Positions 37,886 through 47,187 of a stretch of 64,000 nucleotides of DNA are shown here, in pieces. The DNA comes from Alistipes sp. GTDB lineage: Bacteria; Bacteroidota; Bacteroidia; Bacteroidales; Rikenellaceae. Made by a program: the position numbers and the translations under genes. The stretch spans positions 10,107-74,106 of the forward strand of contig JAIECN010000026.1 of assembly GCA_029068505.1 (NCBI GenBank), read 5' to 3'. The first letter of the stretch is position 1, and each line of letters begins with the position of its first letter. Below the pieces are notes generated by a model that did not search any database, was not told where the DNA came from, and was given only the letters and a program-made list of their open reading frames with translations.

Positions 37886-39442
37886 ATGGCTAAGGATTTC
37901 ACCCCTTCGCGGCGCAACAGCGAAGCGTATGATGCGCTGACCGAGACGGTCGGCAGCGTGCCCCCGCAGGCGGTCGAGCTGGAGGAGGCGGTATTGGGCG
38001 CCCTGATGCTCGAAAAGGACAGCATCATCGCCGTGCAGGAGTTCGTCACCCCCGAGTCGTTCTACACCGAGGAGCACCGTTCGATCTACAAGGCGATCGA
38101 GGAGTTGTCGATGGAGCTGAAGCCCATCGACCTCTACACCGTGACCGAGCGGCTGAAGGTCAAGAAGGAGTTGAAGAAGGTCGGCGGCGCTTCCTATCTG
38201 GCGCAGCTGACCCAGAAGGTCGGTTCGGCGGCCAACGTCGAGTTCCATGCCAAGATCATCGCCCAGAAATACGTGCAGCGCGAGCTGATCCGTTCGGCCA
38301 CCGAGATACAGAAGCGTTCCTACGACGAGTCGACCGACGTCACGGAGTTGATCGGTTTCGCCGAGGGCGAGATCTTCAAGGTCTCCGAGGGACACGTCAA
38401 GCGTTCGGTGCAGTCGTCCAAGGACATCCTGGCCCGGGCGTTAATGCAGATCGAGGAGGCGTCCAAGAATACGAGCGCCTTCAACGGCGTGCCGTCGGGT
38501 TTCATGGCCATCGACCGCGTGACGCTGGGCTGGCAGTTGTCCGACCTGATTATCATCGCTGCCCGCCCGTCTATGGGTAAAACGGCGTTCGTCCTCTCGA
38601 TGGCCCGCAACATGGCTGTCGACCACGAAGCCGGCGTGGCGTTCTTCTCGCTGGAAATGTCCTCCGTGCAGTTGATGATGCGTTTGATCATCGCCGAAAC
38701 CGGTTTGAGCGGCAACGACGTGAAGTCGGGCCGCCTGACGCCCGAGCAGTGGCGCCACCTGGAGTCGGCGACCAAGCCGCTGGGTGCCGCGCCGCTCTTC
38801 ATCGACGATACGCCGGCCCTTTCGGTCTTCGAGTTCCGTTCGAAAGCCCGCCGGTTGAAGATACACAACGACATCAAGATCATCATCATCGACTACCTCC
38901 AGCTCATGACCGGCAACCAGGATTCGAAGGGCAACCGCGAGCAGGAGGTGGCTTTCATTTCGCGTACGCTCAAGGCCATCGCCAAGGAGCTGAACGTGCC
39001 GATCATCGCCCTTTCGCAGTTGAGCCGCGCCACCGAAATGCGCGGCGGCTCCAAGCGCCCGCAGCTCTCCGACCTGCGCGAGTCGGGCGCCATCGAGCAG
39101 GACGCCGACATCGTGGCGTTCATCCACCGTCCCGAATACTACGGCATCAACCAGGACGAAAACGGTATGCCGACGGCCGGTCTGGCCGAGATCATCATAG
39201 CCAAGCACCGTAACGGCGCCGTGTGCGACGTCAACCTGCGCTTCCTCAAGGAGCAGGCCCGCTTCGCCGACATGGACGACACGATGCTGCCGCCCTCGCA
39301 GGCGCTCGACAGCCAGCAGGCCTACGACGATTATGTCAGCCCCACGGTGGGCAGCGATTTCGGCGGCGGTCTGGGGGCTGCGGCCGGCGGCGGAGAGTTC
39401 GACCTGACCCCGCCGTCGCTCGGCGACGAGGTGCCGTTTTAA
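37886..39442 (+). CDS. dnaB: Replicative DNA helicase
   Basis: PPQAVELEEAVLG, AARPSMGKT, FSLEM, IDYLQL, LSQLSR, DLRESGAIEQDAD, KHRNG. Confidence 0.98.
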   Translation: MAKDFTPSRRNSEAYDALTETVGSVPPQAVELEEAVLGALMLEKDSIIAVQEFVTPESFYTEEHRSIYKAIEELSMELKPIDLYTVTERLKVKKELKKVGGASYLAQLTQKVGSAANVEFHAKIIAQKYVQRELIRSATEIQKRSYDESTDVTELIGFAEGEIFKVSEGHVKRSVQSSKDILARALMQIEEASKNTSAFNGVPSGFMAIDRVTLGWQLSDLIIIAARPSMGKTAFVLSMARNMAVDHEAGVAFFSLEMSSVQLMMRLIIAETGLSGNDVKSGRLTPEQWRHLESATKPLGAAPLFIDDTPALSVFEFRSKARRLKIHNDIKIIIIDYLQLMTGNQDSKGNREQEVAFISRTLKAIAKELNVPIIALSQLSRATEMRGGSKRPQLSDLRESGAIEQDADIVAFIHRPEYYGINQDENGMPTAGLAEIIIAKHRNGAVCDVNLRFLKEQARFADMDDTMLPPSQALDSQQAYDDYVSPTVGSDFGGGLGAAAGGGEFDLTPPSLGDEVPF

Positions 39443-39466
39443 TTTTTTGACGCATAGTCCACATCT

Positions 39467-41005
39467 ATGTTCGTAAAGACCTTCGCAGGCGCAGTCGTCG
39501 GGATCGACGCCGTGACGGTGGCCGTCGAGGTCAACATCGCCGGCGGCGGATTGGGGTTGTATCTGGTCGGACTGCCCGACAATGCCGTCAAGGAGAGCGA
39601 GCAGCGCATCCGCGCCGCGTTCGAGAACTCCGGCGAGCGGATGTCGGGCCGTAAGGTGGTCGTCAATCTGGCGCCGGCCGATCTGCGCAAGGAGGGCGCG
39701 GCGTTCGACCTGCCGATCGCGGTGGGGATTCTGGCGGCTATGGGGCGGATCGATGCGGTCGCCGTGGCCGATACGTTGTTTGCCGGCGAGTTGTCGCTCG
39801 ACGGCACGGTCAAGTCCGTGCGGGGCGTTCTGCCGATGGCTGTGCAGGCTCGCCGCGACGGTGTGCGTCGGTTGGTCGTTCCTGCGGCCAATGCCGCCGA
39901 GGCGGCTGTGGTCGGTGGTGTCGAGGTGGTCGGCGTGGCGAACCTGCGGGAAACGGTCGCATGGCTCAACGGGGAGACGGAGCTTGCTCCGGCCGTGGCG
40001 GCGGAGTGCGAAGCGGCGGCATCCGTGTCGGGCCGCTACGACGAGGATTTCGCCGACGTCAAGGGACAGACGCATGTCAAGCGTGCGTTGGAGATCGCGG
40101 CGGCCGGCGGGCACAACGTGTTGATGATCGGATCGCCCGGCTCGGGCAAGACGATGTTGGCGCGGCGCATGCCGACGATTCTGCCGCCTTTGACGCCCGA
40201 CGAGGCGTTGGAGACGACCAAGATACATTCCGTGGCGGGGCTGTCGCGGATCGCGGGGTTGATGACCCGGCGGCCGTTCCGGGCGCCGCATCATACGATT
40301 TCGCAGGTGGCGCTCATCGGCGGCGGGCAGTCGCCCCACCCGGGCGAGGTGTCGTTGTCGCACAACGGCGTGTTGTTTCTCGACGAGCTGCCCGAGTTCG
40401 GCCGCAGCGCTCTGGAGGTGCTGCGCCAGCCGCTCGAAGAGAAAAGCATTACCGTGGCGCGGGCACGTTATCGGGTGCAGTATCCGGCCAACTTTACGTT
40501 GATCGCCGCCATGAACCCCTGCCCGTGCGGATACTACAACCATCCGACCAAGGAGTGTACGTGTTCGCCGGGGAGCGTGCACCGGTACATGGGGCGGATT
40601 TCGGGGCCTTTGATGGATCGCATCGACATGCACATCGAGGTGACGCCCGTGGCGCCGTCCGATCTGGCCGATGCGGCGCCGGGCGAGCCGAGCGCCGCGA
40701 TCCGCCAAAGGGTCTGCCGGGCGCGGGAGGTGCAGATGAAACGTTTTAGCAGCTGCGCCGGGGTGCACACCAATGCGATGATGAACGCAGCGATGCTGCG
40801 CGAGCATTGCCGGCTCGATGCCGCTTCGGCGGCGCTGTTGGAGCAGGCCATGACCCGGCTGTCGCTCTCGGCGCGGGCCTACGACCGGATTCTGAAGGTG
40901 GCCCGCACGATCGCTGACCTGGCCGGGCGCGAACGGATCGAAGCGGCCGACGTGGCCGAGGCGATCAACTACCGGTCGTTGGATCGGGAGAGTTGGGGAA
41001 GATAA
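39467..41005 (+). CDS. comM: YifB/ComM Mg-chelatase-like AAA ATPase
   Basis: NLAPADLRKEG, GELSLDG, GSPGSGKT, LFLDELPEF, AMNPCPCG. Confidence 0.92.
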   Translation: MFVKTFAGAVVGIDAVTVAVEVNIAGGGLGLYLVGLPDNAVKESEQRIRAAFENSGERMSGRKVVVNLAPADLRKEGAAFDLPIAVGILAAMGRIDAVAVADTLFAGELSLDGTVKSVRGVLPMAVQARRDGVRRLVVPAANAAEAAVVGGVEVVGVANLRETVAWLNGETELAPAVAAECEAAASVSGRYDEDFADVKGQTHVKRALEIAAAGGHNVLMIGSPGSGKTMLARRMPTILPPLTPDEALETTKIHSVAGLSRIAGLMTRRPFRAPHHTISQVALIGGGQSPHPGEVSLSHNGVLFLDELPEFGRSALEVLRQPLEEKSITVARARYRVQYPANFTLIAAMNPCPCGYYNHPTKECTCSPGSVHRYMGRISGPLMDRIDMHIEVTPVAPSDLADAAPGEPSAAIRQRVCRAREVQMKRFSSCAGVHTNAMMNAAMLREHCRLDAASAALLEQAMTRLSLSARAYDRILKVARTIADLAGRERIEAADVAEAINYRSLDRESWGR

Positions 41006-41680
41006 ATGGAGAATCGGAAGATGGAGCAGAAACTATATATTTGGTTGCGTTGGGGCGTTCTCGTCGCGTTGTTGGCCTTGGCGGCCATCGGTGCGGCAGA
41101 GGTCGCCGTGGCGCGGTTGAGCCGCGGGCGTCTTTTCGCTTCGGTCGGGGAGGTGCCGGCCCGGCCTGCGGCTCTGGTGCTCGGCACCGGGCAGTTTCTG
41201 CGCAACGGGGCGCCGAATCCCTATTTCTACAATCGGGTGCATGCCGCCGCCGCTTTGTGGCGCGCGGGGAAGGTCGCGGCGTTCGTCGTCAGCGGCGACA
41301 ACAGCCGCAAGGATTACAACGAACCCGAAGCTATGCGCGATGCCTTGATCGCCGAGGGCGTGCCTGCCGAGGTCATCTACCTCGACTATGCCGGTTTCCG
41401 GACGTTGGATTCCGTCGTGCGGATGCACGAGATTTTCGGGCAGCGCGTTTTCACGATCGTCTCCCAGGAGTTCCACAACCGCCGGGCCGTCGTGCTGGCG
41501 CAGGCGTGCGGACTCGATGCCGTGGCGTTCAATGCGGACGAGGTGCAGGTCGGCGGAATGATGCGCGTGTGGGTGCGCGAGCGTTTGGCGCGGGTAAAAC
41601 TTTTTCTCGACCTGGCGTTCGGCAAGAGACCCAAGTTTTTGGGCGAACGGATCGAAATAGAAACCGATAATACGAAATAA
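41006..41680 (+). CDS. sanA: SanA/YdcF (DUF218) protein
   Basis: LVLG, VSGDN...YNEP, DYAGFRTLDS, SQEFHNRRA, RERLARVK. Confidence 0.88.
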   Translation: MENRKMEQKLYIWLRWGVLVALLALAAIGAAEVAVARLSRGRLFASVGEVPARPAALVLGTGQFLRNGAPNPYFYNRVHAAAALWRAGKVAAFVVSGDNSRKDYNEPEAMRDALIAEGVPAEVIYLDYAGFRTLDSVVRMHEIFGQRVFTIVSQEFHNRRAVVLAQACGLDAVAFNADEVQVGGMMRVWVRERLARVKLFLDLAFGKRPKFLGERIEIETDNTK

Positions 41681-41683
41681 ATC

Positions 41684-42796
41684 ATGAATCAGCCGAAACA
41701 TATCATTCTTTCGGGCGGCGGCACGGGCGGCCATATCTATCCTGCCGTGGCGGTCGCCGAGGCTTTGAAGCGTCGTTTGGGCGAAGCTGTGGAGCTGCTT
41801 TTCGTGGGTGCCGAGGGCAAGATGGAGATGGAGAAGGTGCCCGCACTGGGCTACCGCATCGTCGGGCTGCCCATCGCCGGGTTGCAGCGGCGCCTGGAGT
41901 GGCGCAACCTGCTGGTGCCCATCAAGGTGTGGCGAAGTCTACGCAAGGCCCGCAGGACGATCCGCGACTTCGGCGCCGACGCGGTGGTGGGTTTCGGCGG
42001 CTATGCCAGCGCTCCGGTGCTGTGGGCTGCCCAGCGCATGGGCGTGCCCACGCTCATCCAGGAGCAGAATTCCTATGCCGGGGTAACCAACAAGGTGCTG
42101 GCCAAGGGCGCCCGGCGCATCTGTACGGCCTACGACGGAATGGAGCGTTTCTTCCCGGCCGACAAGATCGTGTTGACGGGCAATCCCCTGCGGGGTCGCT
42201 TCTCCAAGGAGGGGGCCGACCGGGGCGAGGCGTTGCGGCACTATGGGCTGGCGTCCGGCAAGCCGGTCGTGCTGGTGGTCGGCGGGTCGCTCGGTACGCG
42301 GTCGCTCAACGAGATGATGAAAGCATGGATTCTGTCGCTCGGCGGTGCCGAAGCTCCGGTGCAAGTGATCTGGCAGACAGGTAAATATTACGAGCGCGAG
42401 ATGCGCGACTTCCTTGCGGCCCACCCGACGCCGGGCATCTGGCAGGGAGCCTTCATCGAGCGGATGGATTTGGCCTATGCCGCGGCCGATCTGGTAATTT
42501 CGCGCAGCGGCGCCGGCACGGTGTCGGAGTTGTGTCTGGTGGCCAAACCGGTGTTGTTCGTTCCCTCGCCCAACGTGGCGGAGGATCATCAGACCATGAA
42601 TGCCCGGGCTTTGGAACGGCAGGGCGCCGCCGTGCTCGTGCCCGATGCCGTGTGCCGCACCGAGGCGATGCCGCGGGCCATGGAGCTGCTCGCCGACAAG
42701 GAGGCGCTGCGGCGCATGAGCGAAAACCTCGAACGTTTGGCCAAGCCCCGTGCGGCGGAGGATATTGTGGATGAAATCATCGAATTGCTGAAGTAA
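41684..42796 (+). CDS. murG: Lipid II GlcNAc transferase
   Basis: GGGTGGHIYP, GGYAS, EQN, GGSLG, SRSGA. Confidence 0.97.
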   Translation: MNQPKHIILSGGGTGGHIYPAVAVAEALKRRLGEAVELLFVGAEGKMEMEKVPALGYRIVGLPIAGLQRRLEWRNLLVPIKVWRSLRKARRTIRDFGADAVVGFGGYASAPVLWAAQRMGVPTLIQEQNSYAGVTNKVLAKGARRICTAYDGMERFFPADKIVLTGNPLRGRFSKEGADRGEALRHYGLASGKPVVLVVGGSLGTRSLNEMMKAWILSLGGAEAPVQVIWQTGKYYEREMRDFLAAHPTPGIWQGAFIERMDLAYAAADLVISRSGAGTVSELCLVAKPVLFVPSPNVAEDHQTMNARALERQGAAVLVPDAVCRTEAMPRAMELLADKEALRRMSENLERLAKPRAAEDIVDEIIELLK

Positions 42797-44184
42797 TGGA
42801 ATTTTCGAAAGTCTATTTTCTGGGCATCGGCGGCATCGGCATGAGCGCTCTGGCCCGCTACTTCCTCCACGAGGGCAGGCAGGTGGCCGGCTACGACCGC
42901 ACCCCCTCGCCCCTGACCGCCGAACTCGAAGCCGAAGGCGCCGCGATCCATTATGACGACGACATCCGGGCCGTTCCGGCGCCGTTTCTCGATCCGCACG
43001 ATACGATCGTGGTCTATACCCCTGCCGTGCCGCAGGAGCATAGCGAGTTCAGTTATTTCCGCGAGCATGGCTTCACGATCGAGAAGCGTTCGCAGATGCT
43101 CGGCCACCTCTCGGAGGGCAAATATGTGATGGCCGTGGCCGGTACGCACGGCAAGACGACCACTTCGACCCTCGTGGCATGGCTCAACCGGGCGCTCACG
43201 GGCGGCGGGTCGGCTTTCCTGGGCGGCATTTCGAAGAATTTCGGCGGCAATCTGGTGCTCGGCGCCGGCGACCGGCTGGCGGTCGAGGCCGACGAGTTCG
43301 ACCGCTCGTTCCTGCGGTTGTTTCCCGATACGGCGGTGGTCACGTCGGCCGATGCCGACCATCTGGATATCTACGGCACGCATGAGGCCGTCAAGGCGGC
43401 TTTTTCGCAGTTCGTGGGGCAGATCAAAAAAGGCGGCGCGCTGGTCATCAAGCAGGGGGTCGACATCGCGATCGACAATCCGGGCATTCGGGTCTACCGC
43501 TATGCCTACGACGCGCCGTGCGATTTTTATGCCCGCAACATCCGGTTGCTGGAGGGCGGCCATTACCGCTACGACCTCGTGATGCCCGACGGCGTGGTCG
43601 AGGGGTGCACGCTGGGCATTCCCGGGTGGGTCAACATCGAGAACGCCGTGGCGGCCGTGGCGGCCGTGTGGTGCGCGGCGCAGGCTGAAGGGACGGCTCT
43701 CGACGTCGGGAAGCTGCGCGAGGCGCTGGCCTCCTATTCGGGCGTCAAACGGCGCTTCGAATTCTATGTGAACACCTCGAAGCAGGTCTACATGGACGAC
43801 TATGCCCACCACCCGCGCGAGCTGGCTGCGACGCTCACGTCGGTGCGCAAGATGTTCCCCGGGCGACGGATCACGGCGTTGTTCCAGCCCCATTTGTATA
43901 CGCGTACGCGCGATTTCTTCGAGGGTTTCGCCGAAGCGCTGTCCCATGCCGACGAGGCGGTGTTGCTGCCGATCTACCCGGCGCGCGAGGAGCCGATTCC
44001 GGGCATAACCTCCGAAATCATTGCCGAACGGATGACCGTGCCGTGCCGCATCGTCGACCGCGATCGGCTGGCCGACGAGGTGGCTGCTATGGAGACCGAC
44101 GTGGTGGTGAGCTTCGGCGCCGGCAACATCGATGCCTGCTGCGAAGCCCTCGCTGAAAAACTGAAACTCAAAAGCGGACGATGA
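42796..44184 (+). CDS. murC: UDP-N-acetylmuramate--L-alanine ligase
   Basis: GIGGIGMS, AGTHGKTTT, EADEFD, DDYAHHP, FQPH. Confidence 0.97.
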   Translation: MEFSKVYFLGIGGIGMSALARYFLHEGRQVAGYDRTPSPLTAELEAEGAAIHYDDDIRAVPAPFLDPHDTIVVYTPAVPQEHSEFSYFREHGFTIEKRSQMLGHLSEGKYVMAVAGTHGKTTTSTLVAWLNRALTGGGSAFLGGISKNFGGNLVLGAGDRLAVEADEFDRSFLRLFPDTAVVTSADADHLDIYGTHEAVKAAFSQFVGQIKKGGALVIKQGVDIAIDNPGIRVYRYAYDAPCDFYARNIRLLEGGHYRYDLVMPDGVVEGCTLGIPGWVNIENAVAAVAAVWCAAQAEGTALDVGKLREALASYSGVKRRFEFYVNTSKQVYMDDYAHHPRELAATLTSVRKMFPGRRITALFQPHLYTRTRDFFEGFAEALSHADEAVLLPIYPAREEPIPGITSEIIAERMTVPCRIVDRDRLADEVAAMETDVVVSFGAGNIDACCEALAEKLKLKSGR

Positions 44185-44250
44185 TCCGGGGAGTCGGACG
44201 TTGGGCCGCTTCGCGCCGGCATCGTTGCGATGAATGGTTGTAGTAAGTAG

Positions 44251-45351
44251 TTGATTTTGGACAGGTATTTTCGATATGCGTGGTTGGCGCTCTTGTGGGC
44301 GGCCGTAGGCGGGTACCTGCTTGCGGCAGGCATCGCCGTGCGCCGTGCCCGGGCCGTGCGTACGGTGTCGCGCGTGGCGATCGAGGTGGTCGACAGCACG
44401 TCGCGGGGCCACCTGGTCTCGACGATGCGCGTGCGCGAGTGGATCGTCCGCAGCCGGATCCCTACGATCGGCACGGCAGTTGATACGGTCGACCTGACAG
44501 GAATCGAGGCGTTGATCGCCCGCAACGGGTTCGTGGAGGATGTCGCGGCCTATGTTACCTATTCGGGCGAGTTGTGCGTCGAAATCAGCCAGCGCGAGCC
44601 GCTGCTGCGGTTGTTGACCGACGGGGTCGACAGCTACATCACATCCGAGGGCTATGTCTTCGTGGCGCCGCGGGCGTCGTCGTTGTATGTTCCGGTGGTC
44701 ACGGGCAGTTACCGGCTGCCGATTCCTGCCGATTACGTGGGCGACGTGCGTACGTATATCGACGGGAAGATCGAGGAGATACAGCATCGGATCGTCGAAC
44801 TGGAGCGCGAAAAATACCCGTTCTACAAGCGCGAGCGCGAGAACGACCGCCGGATCGCCGAGCTGGCCCGGCGCCGGGTGCGGCGCGGTTGGTTCGAGAG
44901 CGCCCGCAGGTTCGAACAGCGGGTGGCCGAGCTGCGTCAGGAGAAGGCTTTGTTGCGCCGCAGCTACCGTTACGAGGCCCGCATGGTGCAGCAGGAGATC
45001 GACCGCTTGAGCGCCGAGCAAGAGCAGGAGCGCGAACGGCAAAAAAAATTGGAGAAAAGCTACGAAGATTTGATGAAACTCCTTACCTTTGTAGAAATTG
45101 TCGAGAAAGACGCTTTCTGGAGGTCGGAGGTGGTGCAGATCGTAGCCCGTTCGACCCCCGGCGGCGCCTTGGAGATCGATCTGGTGCCGCGCAGCGGTCG
45201 CCATACGATCCGTTTCGGCCGCTTGGAGCAGCCGGAGCGCAAGCTCGGCAAGTTGATGCGTTTCTATCGCGGAGGACTCTCGCGCACCGGGTGGGACGAA
45301 TACCGTACGATAGACATAAGATATAAGGATCAGGTGGTTTGCAGGAAATAA
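44251..45351 (+). CDS. ftsQ: FtsQ/DivIB-like cell division protein with large coiled-coil insertion
   Basis: Position murC-x-ftsA; N-terminal TM, ISQREPLLR, C-terminal IDIRYKDQVVC. Confidence 0.8.
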   Translation: MILDRYFRYAWLALLWAAVGGYLLAAGIAVRRARAVRTVSRVAIEVVDSTSRGHLVSTMRVREWIVRSRIPTIGTAVDTVDLTGIEALIARNGFVEDVAAYVTYSGELCVEISQREPLLRLLTDGVDSYITSEGYVFVAPRASSLYVPVVTGSYRLPIPADYVGDVRTYIDGKIEEIQHRIVELEREKYPFYKRERENDRRIAELARRRVRRGWFESARRFEQRVAELRQEKALLRRSYRYEARMVQQEIDRLSAEQEQERERQKKLEKSYEDLMKLLTFVEIVEKDAFWRSEVVQIVARSTPGGALEIDLVPRSGRHTIRFGRLEQPERKLGKLMRFYRGGLSRTGWDEYRTIDIRYKDQVVCRK

Positions 45352-45362
45352 AAGATTCAGTC

Positions 45363-47117
45363 GTGGAAAGAAAGAATTATACCGTTGCCGTCGATTTGGG
45401 TTCGTCGTCCGTCGTGGTGGCTGTCGGCGAGAAGCCTGCCGAGGGGCGGATGAGCGTGCTGGCGCTCGTCTCGAAACCCGTCGAGGGCGTCAATGCCGGG
45501 CGCATAGACAACATCGAGCTGGTCAGCCGGGCCATCCGCGAGGCCGTCTCGGAGGTCGAGGAGCGGTTGGGCATCCGCATCACGGAGGCTTATGCCGGCA
45601 TCTCGGGCGACTTCGTGCGCTGTGCCCGCCATACCGACCACGTGTATGTCTACGATCCGCAGACGGGGGTCAACCAGAAGGATGTCGACGCCTTGTTCGA
45701 CCGCATGCGCAACGTGCAGGCTCCCGACGACGAGACCATCATGGAGCGCATCCCGCAGAACTATATGGTCGACGACAGCCAGGAGGTCAAGAATCCCGTG
45801 GGTTCGTTCGGCAAGAAACTTTCTTCGACGTTCAATTTCATCCTTTGCCATAAAACCCCCATCCAGCGTCTCGACATGGCTTTGAGGCGCTTGAGCATCA
45901 AGATGCTCGGCGTCGTGTCCGATGCGTTGGCCACCCCCGAGGCCGTGCTGCTGCCCGAGGAGAAAGAGGAGGGCGTGGCCGTGGTCGACATCGGCGACGG
46001 CGTGACGGACGTCACGGTTTATTATCGCAACGTGGTGCGGTACACCGTTTCCATTCCGATGGGCGCTTCGTCCATCAACCGCGATATCCGTACGATGGGC
46101 GTGCCCGAGAAGCACGTCGAGAGTCTCAAGCGCAAGTACGGTTCGGCGGTCGCCGATCTGGCGCCCGAGGACAAGTTGATCCGCGTCAATGGTCGGACTA
46201 CGCGCGAGGCCAAGGATATTTTGTTGCGCAACCTCGCTACGGTGATCGAAGCGCGTGCTACGGATATCGCCGAGTTCGTGCAGCAGGAGATCAAAGATTC
46301 GGGATATGCTTCGAAACTCGCCTACGGCATCGTGTTGACCGGCGGGTCGGCTTTGTTGAAAGATATCGATGAATTGTTCCGCCGCGTGACCGAGATGGAC
46401 GTGCGCATCGCGTTGCCCGATGCCGCCATCGACGAGGCGTCCCGGGAGCGGGTCGCCAGTCCGGCCTATTCTACGGCCGTGGGTATTTTGCTCAAGGGGG
46501 CGCGGCAGGGCGCATGCGCTGTCGTCGAGCATGTCTCGACGCCGACGCCTGCTCCGGCTTCGGATTCCGCTGCTGCACCTTCCGCTTCCCAGCCGGCTGT
46601 GCCGAGTTCCGCCCCGGCTTCCATTCCGCCCCGGCAGACTCCGGCCGAGCGTCCGACGACGCTTCCGCGTCAGTCCGCGGAGCAGCCGCGCGGATTCGCT
46701 CCGTCGCCGGCGCAGCCGACACAGCCCGCTGCCCGTGTTGCAGCGCATTCCGCGTCCGCACCCCAGCCCGCACCCCAGCCCGCACCCCAGCCCGCCGCCC
46801 GGCCGGCGGCTCGCCCCGCAGCGCGTCCTGCAGCCCAGCCCGTCCAGCCGGCCCAGCCTTTCCGGCAGGCGCCGCCGCGTACGGCCCAGCAGCCGGTGCC
46901 GCCCGCACCTGCGGCCCGGCCGATGGTCGCCCCGAATTTGCCGCCCGAACCCGAGCCGATGCCTTATATCGAGGCCGAACCGCTCGCGGCGCCCGATTTT
47001 TCGGACGATTTCGCACCTGCCGACCCGAAGCGCAAGCGCGACTGGGGGTCGATCTTCCAGAAGGCTTTCGACAAGGTGAACAAGAGCTTTACGGCCGCCG
47101 AGGACGAGGAAATATAA
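45363..47117 (+). CDS. ftsA: Cell division protein FtsA with long Pro/Ala/Gln linker
   Basis: AVDLGSS, VVDIGDGVTD, IVLTGGSA; GTG start 45363; C-terminal amphipathic helix WGSIFQKAFDKVNKSF. Confidence 0.93.
   Translation: MERKNYTVAVDLGSSSVVVAVGEKPAEGRMSVLALVSKPVEGVNAGRIDNIELVSRAIREAVSEVEERLGIRITEAYAGISGDFVRCARHTDHVYVYDPQTGVNQKDVDALFDRMRNVQAPDDETIMERIPQNYMVDDSQEVKNPVGSFGKKLSSTFNFILCHKTPIQRLDMALRRLSIKMLGVVSDALATPEAVLLPEEKEEGVAVVDIGDGVTDVTVYYRNVVRYTVSIPMGASSINRDIRTMGVPEKHVESLKRKYGSAVADLAPEDKLIRVNGRTTREAKDILLRNLATVIEARATDIAEFVQQEIKDSGYASKLAYGIVLTGGSALLKDIDELFRRVTEMDVRIALPDAAIDEASRERVASPAYSTAVGILLKGARQGACAVVEHVSTPTPAPASDSAAAPSASQPAVPSSAPASIPPRQTPAERPTTLPRQSAEQPRGFAPSPAQPTQPAARVAAHSASAPQPAPQPAPQPAARPAARPAARPAAQPVQPAQPFRQAPPRTAQQPVPPAPAARPMVAPNLPPEPEPMPYIEAEPLAAPDFSDDFAPADPKRKRDWGSIFQKAFDKVNKSFTAAEDEEI
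46756..46795 (+). repeat. 12-bp exact tandem repeat x3 in ftsA (APQP)
   Basis: CCGCACCCCAGC x3. Confidence 0.9.
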
Positions 47118-47187
47118 GAACATGCGGCGGCTCGCACGAACGGGCCGGCCGCGAATAATTTTTCTTTTTACCTGCTTTTAACGACTT

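Noticed and set aside
37886-39442. Intein in DnaB
   Set aside because: Length is normal and the motifs are contiguous; only a short acidic/Gly tail is extra.
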